Shown piece after piece: positions 13,610-27,400 of a DNA stretch of 64,000 bases. The notes below the pieces were generated by a model. That model did not search any database. It was given only the letters and a program-made list of their open reading frames with translations, and was not told where the DNA came from. The stretch comes from Rhina ancylostomus. Its lineage: Eukaryota. The position numbers were made by a program, and so were the translations under genes. Numbering within the stretch: the first letter of the stretch is position 1; each line of letters opens with the position of its first letter. The stretch covers positions 10,445,916 to 10,509,915 of the forward strand of contig JARFYF010000061.1 in assembly GCA_030265395.1 (NCBI GenBank), in the 5' to 3' direction.

Positions 13610-14075
13610 GTTGCCTAGATTTGAACATTTCAGTTAGAAGGACAGATTGGACAAGATAAGTTTGTTTTCCCTGAAGCAGAGGCAGCTGAGGGGTGACCTG
13701 ACAGAAGGATACAAAATTATGAAGGCGATAGATAAGGTAAATACTAAGATTTTTTCCCCTCCCTTGGTGTGGATGTCTCAAACAAGAGTGCATAAGGTGA
13801 GAGGTAGGACGTTCAGGGGCCAACTGAGGGGGACTGTTTTCTTACACAGAGAGTGGTTATTATCCGGAATGTGTAGCCTAAGGAGGTGTGGAGGCAGGTA
13901 CTGTGGCAACATTTAAGAAGCAGCTAGACAAGCACTGAAATCGCCAAGGATACAGACTAAATGCNNNNNNNNNNNNNNGCGGATTAATGGAACTAGTATG
14001 GATAAGCGCTAGGGTCAGTATAGACATAGTGGGCCGAATGGCTTGTTTCTGTGCTTTGTGTCTCTATGACTATGT
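13610..14075 (+). mobile_element. CR1 LINE 3' end
   Basis: LFSLKQRQLRGDLTEGYKIMKAIDKV, followed by the tail GGGCCGAATGGCTTGTTTCTGTGC...TCTATGACTATG. Confidence 0.85.
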
Positions 14076-14229
14076 CATTCGACCTAACCAGTCCACGTTA
14101 GTATTTATGCTCAAAAGGAGCACCCTTCCTCGCCTCGTGCTGTTGGCACAACCTTCTGCCAGTTAGCCTCCCTTTCGGCAATACTTGCCTCAAATGTTGG
14201 CTGTGGCAAGGTATTCCTTGTTCTCACCG

Positions 14230-14615
14230 CCCACAGAGAACACCGAGTGGCTGACAGGAGGACTAGAATGCACGATCCCTCGGCAATATTCTGCGGTCCT
14301 GCACTATGGAAGTTACTACCTTTCAGTGACACCTGACATTGCTGTGTGTCCTTCAGGTGGGAATTATAAGATTCCATTACACCTTTCCTGAGAAGCAGCG
14401 AATTTCCCTGCTCTCCCGTCCTTTATTCCTCCCTTAATCACCACTATTAAAAGCAGATTTATTGAATGTTTATCTCTTTGGTGTTTCAGTAAATCTTTCT
14501 GTGCACAAAATGATTGCTGCAATTGCCTACGAAATGATAAGCACAGCGCTTCAAAGTACTTCACATGAAGGCCGGAAGACGTTTAAGGCGCGATAAGACC
14601 CTGTATAGATCCAGC
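14230..14615 (+). mobile_element. Deu-domain SINE
   Basis: CTGCACTATGG...CTTTCAG...CCTTCAGGTGG...TCTTTCTGTGCACAAAATGATTGCTGC...CTTCAAAGTACTTCA. Confidence 0.6.
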
Positions 14616-17020
14616 TCTGTCGTTCAGTTCCTTTTCTGATAAAGCTCTATGATGACGTTAAGAAGCAGCACCAGCTTTCCCTTTCTCCGCCCCGCCCAAT
14701 AATTTTCCAGAGCTCTAATTGTCTATTTCAGGTTAGTTTCAAATACTCTAGAGGATCAAATTCAGTCAATTTCGCCAGTAGTCTGCACAGACCCTGCTAA
14801 CAGACGGCAATGATCAAAATTCAAGGGAAAGTGACATATTAAAATAAGCTTATCCAGCATTTAATAATTGCACATGTACTATCCAAATATACATTTTGTT
14901 TTATTTAGCATAAACCGATGGTGACAGAAGATGTATGTTTCCGAGTTATCAGAGGGTTGCCAAGCGTATGAAAAGCAGAAATCTGCACAAATATATACCA
15001 GTCACATCTGCTCTCGCCTCCTCCCCAATAACGCAAGGCATCTGAAACACTTAAAATGTTAAAGGCATTTTAATCGTTAAGATCAGACGAACAAGACACG
15101 TGTAGTAGATAGGGAGAGGTTTTACTTTGCAATAACGATTTCCTTTGAAGTTTGATAAATGTATGTGTGTGGGGGCGGGTTTCCTGCGCACGGAGAAGAT
15201 AATGAGTTAAACGCTCTCTATTTGCCTGGTTGAGGTGCTTGCTCGACATAAATGCAGCTTCCAGACCCTTTTGTAATACCTTTCAACAAGAGCCACAAGA
15301 GCCCTTAATAACAGGTCTGATAAGCATGTGTAATTTGGCATATTTCGTCCTTCTGTTGGGAACATGTCTCTCAATAATAGCTTCCAACCTAAAGAGATGT
15401 TTAGTTACTTGTTTTAATGCATTGCAGTAATTTCCCTGTGATGGGCAATATCAACAGGAAATATTTACAAAACAGAGGGGCCCGAACCAATATACTGTTC
15501 GCCATTCATACGACACAAATAAATGTTGGTGGGGGGGCGGGGGGCATTTTAAATCAAAGATAAACAATAGTTCCATGGACTGAAGTCCGGCTTCGTCAGA
15601 AGCGTAGTTCAATTACAGCCAGGATGAGTATATTTGAGGACACATACGCTCACACCTGTAGACGGCCACACTCTGCCCCGGAACGTGCGCTACGATTTTG
15701 TTGTGATGATTATCAATGCAAGCGGTAACTGTTCTTGTTGTTCATCAACCTCCTAGGAAATTTCTTTACTGTTTGAGTTCTAAAACACAAGGCTCTTCCA
15801 GGTGTATATTCCCTCCCAATGTAATCGCTTTATATTTAGTGTTCCGCTTAAATTCAAGGTGATAGTCCAGTTACCGAGTGAAAGGGTGACTAAGTGAGAG
15901 TTGGTAAAGAGGATAAAGGGGGAGGGTGAGTCTCTCTTAATATTGCTGCCTGTGGTACAACGAAATGTTTCACTCAGGAATTTGAAGTCACTTTCTCTGC
16001 ATTTTCCTTCTCACGAAACAACACAGCGGCAGCAGGATTTGGGTGCAGTGCATAATGAAAGCCTTTGAAAATCTGTTCTGCGGTGTGTTGAATGTAGGGA
16101 GGTGCAGTTCACAGAGATCCAGGGGCTGCGTTAGGATCCACCTTCAATCCATTGTACGGTGTCATTAATCTAATTTGTTAAAATCACAGTGCCTCCGCTC
16201 ACCCGATGATTTCTCTGCTAATTTGTTCCATACAGAAACATTTTGTATTTAATAGTCACCAATCTTTTAACCTCAATCCAAAGCAAAAAAAACCTTTGAT
16301 AAGTTCAAAGCGATGAGATTGAATTAAACCCCACTGTTTTAATGAACCCAATTGAATGGGACTTTGAAAGGGCTGCAAATGGAGCCGGGTTTTAGCCGTC
16401 TGAGGAAGGGGCTCGTGTATGTTTTAATTCGTTGATATTTAGTTAGCCCTTTTTAGAAAGGTATGCCAGTTTTTTTTATTGAATGAACAGTTTGTGATAT
16501 TGATAGCTACGATAGTTACCAGGACAATGGAGCGCAGACCAGCACAAGCAACCTAATTATTTTCGCATCCGTATGCATTATCATTGGAGAAAACGCACTT
16601 AATAGCCTTTTGTAAATTCACAAGTGCGGCACACAGTTGTGCCTGACACAGGCACGGATTGTGATTCTAAAATTCGGCCAGCAGTGTGCTTGCAAAGAAT
16701 ATTGGTACTCATAAACTCCACCACAGTACACAGAAGGTGGATAGGAGTTCCAGCCTGGCAGACATTACAAGATCAGAAAAGCAGGCGACCAGCAATTAGC
16801 TACAGATCTGCATNNNNNNNNNNNNNNNNNNNNNNNNNNNNNNNNNNNNNNNNNNNNNNNNNNNNNNNNNNNNNNNNNNNNNNNNNNNNNNNNNNNNNNN
16901 NNNNNNNNNNNGGAGGGTTTTAGGCAGAACCGTTTATATTTCCAGGCCAGTAAGCATTGGAACATGTATTCGGCGTTAGCATAAGAAAAGAAGAGGCCCT
17001 GTGAACTTCATTCACCTCCT

Positions 17021-17041
17021 GACCCTCTCCCCGGTGCTGAA
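17021..17041 (-). promoter_or_regulatory. REST/NRSF binding site (RE1/NRSE)
   Basis: Minus strand TTCAGCACCGGGGAGAGGGTC versus consensus TTCAGCACCnnGGA(C/G)AGnGCC: perfect left half, canonical 2-nt spacer, near-perfect right half. Confidence 0.7.
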
Positions 17042-17817
17042 CAGCGGTACTTTCAGACTCCCAGCCTCTCCGACAGCCTTTGACTAGACCCAGGATTCCT
17101 AATCAGGGTAATTTAATATAGCTTAAGCCTCTGTTCGCTTTATTTTAAGCCCTTCTATGGTTTGTTTCGTGGCATTCACTCCTCTCATCCATCATTAGCG
17201 ATCCTTGGTTGTTGAATGTAAAGGCTTGATATGAGACTACAACTTCCTTTTCATGTACAGAGAGCGAAGGAGCGGGCTGGAATTCTATATAATGATTAAA
17301 ACATTCCCAAGGACTCAGTCACTCGTGATAAAATGCCCAAGCACTAACAAGGCAAAGCAGACCTGAATTTAAACGGGAACCAGCAGCCAGTTGATTTTAT
17401 TCTGTGATTAGTAATCATGGCCATTGTGTAAATAATCCATACCCCTCATCTCATGTGGATTAAGTGCTAATAGATTTTGAACGGGGGGACTGTCTATTGC
17501 TGAGGAATAGATATACGTCCAATGCTATGCGTGGAGTCGTGGGACCATGCCCAGGCCTGTAACACAAAGACCCCTATTCATTGGCCGATGACAAGCGGAA
17601 AATCTTCATTGAATAAATGAATCAGAACTAATCAAATGAGATCACGTGGCCTAGCTTCCACTTTCACCTGCAATCAAGTCTTAACTGAACCGTTCTTATT
17701 AATAAATCTGCGTCGGGCTAATCTCCCATGGTCATATCTGAAATGGGTCGCAAGTACAGCATGTCTATTCCTCGAAAATCAATATTATGTAGGGCCAAAT
17801 TTATTGGGCATCTCCAA

Positions 17818-17856
17818 CCCTCAACGCCATCTCCTCCCCTCAACGCCATCTCCTCC
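17818..17856. repeat. 19-bp direct tandem duplication
   Basis: CCCTCAACGCCATCTCCTC occurs twice with period 19. Confidence 0.9.
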
Positions 17857-18627
17857 TCTGTCATACGGAAACAAGATGGACATTTTATTTAGAATCTAAT
17901 CTATATTTTTCAAAACTCCTCTTAGCACTTTCGGTTGCTGGGTTACTAGCTCGGATATGTTGTAAAGAATATTACGCGACAGTTCAAAACTCAGAGATTT
18001 GGTGAACTTTTCCGGGCCTAGTGCCCCCACCGACGCTTTGACCGACAACCGAACGTATACATGGAGATAAATCAAGGGGTATGAATCATCAAAAGTTTCC
18101 TAAAGCTCACACGATGCTGAGATAGAATGTGAGCAGTGATTGGGACAAAAATCGTTTAATGTGCCTGCGTGCTGTGGTGGTGAGGGTAATTGAAGGCACT
18201 CTTAGCTATTCACTTATTTGTGTCCATCTCTGTGGTTCTGCAGACACGAATTTCAGGCGCTTTCCGTGGAACGTTAAAGCCCCAGAAACATCAAACCTGT
18301 ACACAATGGGTCTGCCGTTGGGCATTATGCAATGTGCCGTTAGACCTCATGTCGCTGCATTCGGCCAGACCAAGTAGTTCGTTAATGGGGTCAAGAGGTG
18401 GAGGGTAATTCTGATAGACATATATATTTCATCAAAGCTCTGAACAAATACCTTCACAGAGTAAGGATTTGATCCAAGAACCTTAGTGTGGTGCGAGAGT
18501 TTAAAAAAATAAATCCACATTAGGTGTGTGTGAAAATCTGATGCCCCCGTGCTGTGATCTAACGTGAATCCAGTTCAACGACACACCTTATCACATTGCA
18601 ATCTAGATGGGGTGCACTGGGAATAAC

Positions 18628-18760
18628 GTGCGTTTATATGGCGCCTTCCATGACTACAGGACAGCTCAAAATGCTTTACAGCGAATGTAATATTATGGAG
18701 AATTTTCATTGTTGCTAGCCAGAAAAGTACGCAAATCGTGGTCAGCTGAACACAGAGGAG
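18628..18760 (-). mobile_element. Deu-domain SINE 3' fragment
   Basis: GTGCGTTTATATGGCGCCTTCCATGACTACAGGACAGCTCAAAATGCTTTACAGC matches the family tail. Confidence 0.5.
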
Positions 18761-20614
18761 TAACTGCGTGAAATTTAAGAAACTCTCGCGGGGGTGGAAG
18801 GGGGCGTTATCATTGAATACTTGTAATAATTGTTCAAATTTGCCGTTTAAAGGGCAGGAGGTCGGGGAATTATTTTTAAAAAATCGTCAGCTGATTGTTC
18901 TAGCCTTGTAAATCGACTAATTCCTGTTTGAGGCTGGAGAAATACTTATCAAATACCATTGCACTGTACCTAACACGTGGCAGATATTTTGAGAGTACAT
19001 TTAGAGAGCATCCATTTATGCTAGATTGCGCGAGAGCATCAACCCTCTTGAAGTCATTAGAACGATCTATTCGCTAAATCCTGTATGGATGGCTTTAGCA
19101 AACGAAAGCTTTTATCCCTGCATTCATTTGCCGTCGTTGCCCCGCGCATTTTCCAAACATTACTTCCCAGTTACAGTATACATTATGGTTCGAGGGCCTG
19201 AATACAACAGTCACTTTGTCCTTCTAATGATTGCATCAATGACTTCAGTTTAGAGATCTTAAAACATATCAGAACCAGCAGAACAATGAACTGTATCCCA
19301 AGTATTTCGATCGATTGTATATGCGAGGGAGAAGACATAAGACCAACCATTTATTACAGCAGACAGTTTAATGCCGACTTTTTACTCATTAACTGGAATA
19401 TTGCGATTGTATTAATTGGAGGAAGCCTGTGGTTCGGGTCGGGGTTACATGTAAACTATGCTTGTCAATCGATTTCTGAATAATACAAAAAGATCCAAAC
19501 TTTGGCTGGTGATGGTCAGTTCTTAGAAAGTGTTTCATTTTCTTCGGAGGAGTGGAAGAGACAGAGAATAAAGTGGCAGATACTTTCTTCCCTTAAAGCA
19601 AAGGTCAGAGGGACAGATTGTTGTTCCACTTTCTTATACAAATAATTAATCTATGATTAATGTAACATTAGAAATAAACGTGTGATGATGGCATGTTCGC
19701 AAATTACTGGAAAATGCGTATTAACCATTTTTCATAAATATACTCGCCCATCTGTTACTTTCTTGGCATGGATGGCACATTGTTATCATTTGGACACATA
19801 TGAATCAGTGGCGTTAAAGTGTATATTTTAATTGTGATTGGTTAGTTTTGTTTTCCTAGCGCAGAACTTTTTAATCTAGATTTCAAATGTCATTTAAGGG
19901 TTTGTGTAATTTGAATATCATCACGTCCAGTCACTTAAAGGGGTTCATACTGATTTATAGCAAATGGGCAAATGGAATTTAATCCCATTAAACTCGTAGT
20001 TTTCACGGCAGATTAACAAAGTAGCACTTTCCCAGCACAACTCAATGGATGAAATAGTCAGTTTCATTTATATCAATAATGTCAAAATACCGCTGGCATT
20101 GTCTGTTAGTGAACTGGAAGAGACAAGGCATAAGATGTACTTCAGCCCTTACACTCTGGCCAATGGAAGTAAATGGAGACATTGAAATTTCTGCATGCAT
20201 TGCATCTCTATACAGGTCAGGATCATACGGCAAACTTTGCCGTTGCAGGCCGCTGCAGATTATTATATGCACTAGGTCAAAATTCAAAATCTATTTCTTC
20301 AATGTTTGCCCTTAACGTGGCTGTATTTTGTATTCACTTACCAACGCATCTCCAACTTTCAAATGACTATAATTTTAAATTACATGTTTTCCGCGTTCAC
20401 ATCCTCTTATAAAAGTATTTACTATATAACAGTGGGGATTGTCATTCAATAGGTAAATTTCTTTCACCAAACAATTTTAGTTCAACTGATTTGTGCCAAA
20501 AGATTTAATGTAAATTCCTGCATTTACTATTTTAATTACAATGCAGAAAAAAATTTAAATCTTTAATATGGAGTTTTTTTTACCATAAAGAAAATAGTTG
20601 CACGTATATGGCCC

Positions 20615-20900
20615 CTTTACACCTTCAGGACATCCCCACGCGCTTCATAACCAACAAAGTACTTGAAATACTTAGGTAATGTAGGAGACACAGCGGTCAA
20701 TTTGCGCACAGCAAGATCCCATTTGCAATAATCTGATCACGACCAGATAATCTGCTGTGATGTTATTGGTTCAGAGAGAACAAAACAAGATAATTCCAAT
20801 GCTCTTCTTCGAAATACTGCCAAGGAATTTAGTGCCCGCCAGTGAAAGCAGAGAGGGCGATGGTTCAACAAGACACCCAAAGGGAAAATGCAATCAAGTC
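20615..20900 (-). mobile_element. Deu-domain SINE
   Basis: CAGGACATCCC...GTAATGTAGGAGACACAGCGGTCAATTTGCGCACAGCAAGATCCCA...GACCAGATAATCTG...TGCTCTTCTTCGAAATA. Confidence 0.7.
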
Positions 20901-22994
20901 GATGATAATATTGTATCTTAAAAGAAAATAAATCCAACCCACTTTAAATCAACTCAGTAAATTTCCAATCCCCACCTCTATTAAAATGCTGATAACTATT
21001 TCTTTATAATCATCAGAGACCAATCTCAAGTGCTTCAAAGTAAAATGTAGCTCCCGCCTTTTAATTCTTGGGTATCCGCTTACCATTATATCCCATGAAG
21101 CGAATATTGCACAATTAACATCCGAAACTATGTCTAACCATATCAAATCTGAAAGTACTTGACAGCAACATTGGATAAGTCTAATGCGATAGGATTATTC
21201 TATTCCCTCATCTGAAGAACAAAATATTGCCACGGAATAGTCCTCTCTGAACTATGATTTTGTAAAATTCTGATTTGTAATCTAATTTCATTTCTGGTCA
21301 GGTGCTCGTTCCTGACACTTCCTGGTTGTCTGACTGGAATAGCGATAAACAATTCATGTACAATAATAGTGCAGCATGTGAGAATTCAAATTCAGCATTC
21401 AGTACACTGTTTTAGGGCTGGGGCGGGATTATTCAACATCATCTCATCACATTATATATATTCTGTTAATCCTGATTTTTTCCCCTTTACCATGCTCTAT
21501 AGCTTTGTGAAACTTTACAAAACAATTTGAAACATATAATTATCAAGCTAATTACTTAAATCGCAATGAAAATGTGAAGACAAAACATTTTATCTTGCCA
21601 CAATGATGGATTCCGGTGTAGCTATGGGACGTACACTAAGGCATTTAGTATTTATCGATTTCCTGATAAGTCATAGGGCGTGTTTCAATCAATGTAATCA
21701 ATATGTTAATTCATCAACTGTACAGAACTACTGAATAATCGAATTTGATGTTCATGGGTTGTATTTTCATTTTTTTAGTGTTGCTTTATCCTTCTGCAGT
21801 TACATATTGATATCAGGGTTTGCATTCTCTAAGTCTTACTGTGTTCTAACCAATTATGAGACGGATTCTGTTCTATCTTATGTGTGGTCATTTGGTTTAA
21901 ACTGTTATAGAACTTCCTATTTGTATTTGAGCTCAAATGTAGAACGGGATTGGATGTCGTGTGTAATCTGCTATAGTAGAATACCCTAGTGATATTCAGC
22001 GGATCCGAAAGGAACCTCTGTGGCACCAGACCCAAGACTAAAAATTTACTTCCATGTAAATGCCAAATATAATTTAGAATTCATGGTATTGGCTACAATA
22101 ACTCTTAATAAAATACAATTTTATATCGTGCAGGTGCATGTAGTGAAAATAGTGTCATATTTCTAAATAGTATATTTCTTGAACTATATGCATTGAGGAC
22201 GACTTTATATGTGTTCCACAAAAATTAAACATGCTTTGTCTACGTTGGCTTGCATTTTAATGCATGCTCTACGTCGATGCTGATTTAAAATTATATCGAA
22301 GTGGTAAGTAATACTAAGTAGGAAAAACGTCACAGTTTTTAATAATTATCCAAAGCCACAGTCAGTTAAAGAGACAGAACAGTCCACATTGAGGTTGTAA
22401 TGAATCTTACTCATATTTTAGGAATTTACTACTTTTGGAATAGTTTCCAACCGGCAATTTGCAGTTGGAGATTTTTTTTCAATAATCTCTTCTTTAATAA
22501 TTTGCGAGTCCCTTATAGGAAACTCCACGTTTAAAAAACGATCCCTTTTAACTGCTTAGTCAAAACTCCACACTCTGCACAGGTACTGATCTGCCATCTC
22601 TTACCATGGGTGTCTGTAATTTACACTTAGATTAAATGAGCGATATTACCCAAACATTGCTTGTATTATAATGAGTGTTACAGTTTAACACTAACAATGA
22701 TATAAATTTTATTGTGACAGCACACAGGGAATAATTGCATGTCAAAGAGGTGACAGGTTACAAGGTGGTGAGGGCGGTGATGGCTGTGCTTTGAGAGGAA
22801 AGCATAGCGCAAGCTGCAGTCACGTGGTAAACTATGAGCCACTCCAGTACAGCCATGTCTGCCAAAGGTTTGTTATCTAGAGTGAGGTTTTGAGTGGCCA
22901 GATTCTCATTTTCACCCACCTCTGGAACTGAGCGCAACTTGTGCCAACAATGTAGGATGTGACTACAGCAATTCTCACAATGTTTTATCTTAAA

Positions 22995-23335
22995 GAATGC
23001 ATTTATATAACTCCTTTCACTATCTCGGGACATCCCAACGTGTTCTTTAGCCAAAGAGGTACTTCTGAATTGTAGCAACATAGGAATAGAGTAGCCAATT
23101 TGTACTTAGCAAGCTCCCTTGAACAATAATCGGAAATGCCAAAAAAAGTGTTGCAATGTATTTGATTCAGGGATAAATATCAGCTAGGAACCGCGGTAAA
23201 TATTTCCCTTGCTCTTTCTGCCATGAAATCTACTATTTCCACCTAGGAGCAGAAGTTAAAACGATCCTTCCGAAAGACCCCCGTTAGCACAGCATTTCCT
23301 CTGCACTGAACTGAAATGTCTGGCTTGATTTTTAT
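22995..23335 (-). mobile_element. Deu-domain SINE
   Basis: GCATTTATATAA...GGACATCCCAA...GCCAATTTGTACTTAGCAAGCTCCC...GGGATAAATAT...CCGAAAGAC...CAGCATTTCCTC. Confidence 0.7.
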
Positions 23336-24144
23336 GTCCAAGTTGGATCTACCAGTCTATTGACAAAAATCAGGCATTCCTTGTATATTATTTTCCTGAA
23401 ACCACACAAATCCTTGGTTTATTTTCCTGTGATTTATGAGTTTTGAAGATCTGCAGTAAGGTTCAGTTATGATTAAAAACCTAGATTAAAGAAAGGCGAA
23501 GTAGAAACCCCACGGGAGCCCCAAGAACATTTTTCTTCAAACAGATAAAACGCTAAGTTAGACACTCAGATTATCCTTGTCTCAGCATATTTTAGTGATT
23601 GTATACGGGATCGTTGATCGCAAAGATTTAATATTAAGTTGAACAACCCCTACTGCTTTCCAAAATTACTCTGATGTAGAGATACAGGTCACTGCGAAAA
23701 ATTCTGATAATCGCTGAAGAAATACTTATAATTGAAATTATTCGTTTAAAGATGTTTATAATTGTATTGCGTTCCCTTTGTCCTGTTTTATTGGTATTTC
23801 ATGTTGAACGTACGTGTTCCAAAATCACAGCGGGGTGTCCATTTTCTGGTTTAACAAGACAACTTTCTTACACAACAAAACCAGGAAACACTGGAAATAC
23901 TCCGCACTTTCTGTTTTTGTTTTAAGTTTCCAGTATATGCAGTTTTTATTTATTTTCATAGTTTTTTATTTATTTATTTAGCATTTTTATACTTCACCCT
24001 TGGACACCTTCTACGTAGGATGCCCAACAGATCAAATAATTGGTCCATCGCGCCATTAACATCTGTTTACACCATTGTCATCAGATTGATGTCGGTATAT
24101 GAATAGGCATTAATACGACTGATGTTCAATATATTGCTGGCAGT

Positions 24145-24400
24145 ACGTTATTCGGCCCACCGAGTCTATGACGTCCTTCAGAACAACCACATCATCCTAT
24201 TCTCCACAAGACGAGTCTCATGTTCATCAACTCCCTCCGATTCCTCTGCAACCCCACGTACAGTAGGAATAATTCACATCAGCCAATTGACCCACTAACC
24301 ATTAGGGACGTGAGAGGAAACCGGAGTAACTCGGGAAAACCCATACCGTCACAGGGAGAACGCACAAACGAATCACTAGAACACTGACACAACAACTGTA
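24145..24400 (-). mobile_element. V-SINE (HE1-like elasmobranch SINE)
   Basis: Plus-strand GAGAGGAAACCGGAGTAACTCGGGAAAACCCATACCGTCACAGGGAGAACG is the reverse complement of the V-domain. A CR1-type tail TTCGGCCCACCGAGTCTATG is at the left end. Confidence 0.75.
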
Positions 24401-27400
24401 TCTATCGCACCTTTTCGTCCCTAAGTGGTTATTTGTAATTTAGAAACCTTTCAGAAAATAGTCTTCCATAGAAGCTTTTCAAGTTCTTTCGAAGTGGCAA
24501 TAAATTTATATCTTGGTGTTATAGTAATATCCTATTGAAATTGACAACCTATTTACTGGGGAAGTTGAAAGCGTGGGTCAGGTTAACCAAGAAATTGGAT
24601 TCCGCCTTCAAACCACGACAACGGAAAGACAAATTCCAAAGTAAATGTCATGGTAAACACAATAAGAATACATTTAGATCATTCACAGCCATGCACAACG
24701 TTTTCTTCACTTCAATACTTGTTTTGCTTTCTTCTTCTCCCGAATATACACGACTGAAACTTATTGGTCAAAATCATCACCTAGAAAACTTTTCCTTTGG
24801 AACCAGTGGCTGCAGAACTCGCCCCCACCCCCCGGCCCCAACAAAAGCATTTGTTTAGCGCCCAAAAACCAGTCTAATTTTTCTTTGGCATCACGCAGAA
24901 TTTGTGAAGCTACTTTTACCTGGGACTTTACTTCAAACTCCGATATAACGTCGTGTTTGTAATGGACTGTGCTTTTACTGCTGCAAAGAGCAAACGTCAC
25001 TAAAGATTATCGGTATTTATTTCATCTGCTTGGAAGATGCGCTCCGTGCCGGTACGATTACAAATATACTTAATTGCAGGCAATAGATGAGAACCAATTT
25101 TCATCGGGATTATATTTTAATGATTAAACGGGAGAATGGTAAACTAGAAGCTTCAAACCTTCTCTCCTGTATCAATAAACATTAGAAAATATCCTCCAAA
25201 CATTATTAATTAACAAAATTAAAATTGATTCACATAAATTCACACCATTAACAGATAACTACATAACCTGGACTCACAGAGATCTTCTGACTTTACAATT
25301 CTAAATAAGAACTGTTCTGTTGTAGTATATTACTTCGAAGTTTAGTCTAGGTAGAGATGTTTATGTGCAGGTCTAAAGCAAAGGGAATGGAATTAGATTG
25401 GAAAGGTAAATCTGGAAGGGACAGATCCATAGATGGCATCTGTAGTATCAAATGGGAAGTGGATACCGAGAGACCAATGTTTTGGAAGTGAAAAAAAGAC
25501 TTCGTTTTGATGGTGAGGTGGTTATACAGGGTACAAAATCAGTGGTAAATGGTGTTCATCATTAGAGCATGTGTAAGAGCTAAAGATACGATCTAAGTGA
25601 AGGAAATTACAACTTTCTCAGGCTAAATATGGACACCTATATAGGTAGAGTCTGCCATGCCTATGCTTTGTGGTCAACAAAGATGTATAGAATTTCATCC
25701 TATCATCCAAGGAATCATTCAAAAATATTGGGGATAAAAAGCAGCTGAGGAAAAACAGTCACACAAAAACGCTGCTTACATTTTACTTTTCAATGTATAC
25801 TGTATTGTCTGAACATTCATTAACTTCCAGTATCTTCAAGTTGTTATTGTTCTCAATGAGAACTATTCAAAACATTTAAATATTCCAAACTTTTTTGGTC
25901 CACCCGGGCCCAAGTATGACATGGTGTATTTTAATTCTGTTGGTATCACAGGTATTGGAATATTTCCTTCTCTAATGTGTTTACCTGGTTCCTAAACATT
26001 TTACTTCCATCCAATTTGCTAAATTCAAGAATCTTCAAGCTTTAATACACATTCTTTATATGACTCACAGAGTGTTTTTGACCTAGAAAGAGAACTTACT
26101 GTCCTGCTCCATAGTTATTGCCCCTAATTTTCAGCAATGCTCTAGCATAACACTAAAGGTGAACACCACTTCTAGAGGTGTAGCTCTTTAGGAACAAGCT
26201 ATATTCTTGACCCTAACTAACTGTTCTGCTAGCCACAAAGATTCTATTATGTTATTTGAAGAACAGAAAATATTACAGGAGTTCTACTCAATTCTCTACC
26301 AACAGCACAAATGGATTACTACATCCAGGTGCTGTTTATGATTCTCTATTATGCACAAAATGGCTACTTACATGCATTGTAAGCTATAAATTAAATCAAA
26401 ATAATACAAGAGTATTTATTAAGATTATGCTTTATTTCTTGATTTACTTTAACCTCTGCTATTGTTCTGCTATTCAGCCTCTATGAAGATTCACTTTCTA
26501 TGAAGACTTCAGTTCAGTTTCTCCATAAAATGATAGATGTAACAGATTTTTGTACACTGATTCATTGACTTCTGATACATTTTTTTACTTTCTCTGTTGT
26601 ATCAGGCTAGGTGAGCACTGCCATGTAAATGTTGTAGCTATGGGAAGACTGCTTATTAACAGGCAGGTTTTATTCCCTTGAAAGTTAACCAGTATAAGAA
26701 AGCACTTGGTACAATATTGAACTATTCAGACAACAGCTATAAGTTGATCCTTGCTCTTTTTTGAGTTAACTACTTTTGGCTTGAATGACATTTGTGGTAC
26801 AATTGAAGTTAACCTTTTGCTAAAAAGGAGTACCATTTCTAATCAATACAACATGACATCATTGCTATCTAAGTTAGGATGACAATGATTTTACTGATCT
26901 TCAATAGGTAACCACCAACAAACACATATTGTCTAAGCTCACAAACTATATGGACATCCCGGTGAAATATCTCATGTCTGCCAGTATCTATGGGATTTCC
27001 CTCAGGAAAGCAATTGAAGAAAANNNNNNNNNNNNNNNNNNNNNNNNNNNNNNNNNNNNNNNNNNNNNNNNNNNNNNNNNNNNNNNNNNNNNNNNNNNNN
27101 NNNNNNNNNNNNNNNNNNNNNNNNNNNNNNNNNNNNNNNNNNNNNNNNNNNNNNNNNNNNNNNNNNNNNNNNNNNNNNNNNNNNNNNNNNNNNNNNNNNN
27201 NNNNNNNNNNNNNNNNNNNNNNNNNNNNNNNNNNNNNNNNNNNNNNNNNNNNNNNNNNNNNNNNNNNNNNNNNNNNNNNNNNNNNNNNNNNNNNNNNNNN
27301 NNNNNNNNNNNNNNNNNNNNNTTGGCCATTAACTGGTTGGTTGTTACTGAAGTTCAGATTAAATACTGCACCCCATGATTTTCAAATTGTCCAACAATGG

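Larger units (their letters stand above)
13980..25200. promoter_or_regulatory. CpG-undepleted, largely LINE-free domain 1 (putative hypomethylated regulatory domain)
   Basis: CG dinucleotides are frequent despite the AT-rich composition, with an abrupt contrast to both flanks. Contains an RE1 site and homeodomain/Sox/TALE motif clusters. Confidence 0.6.
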
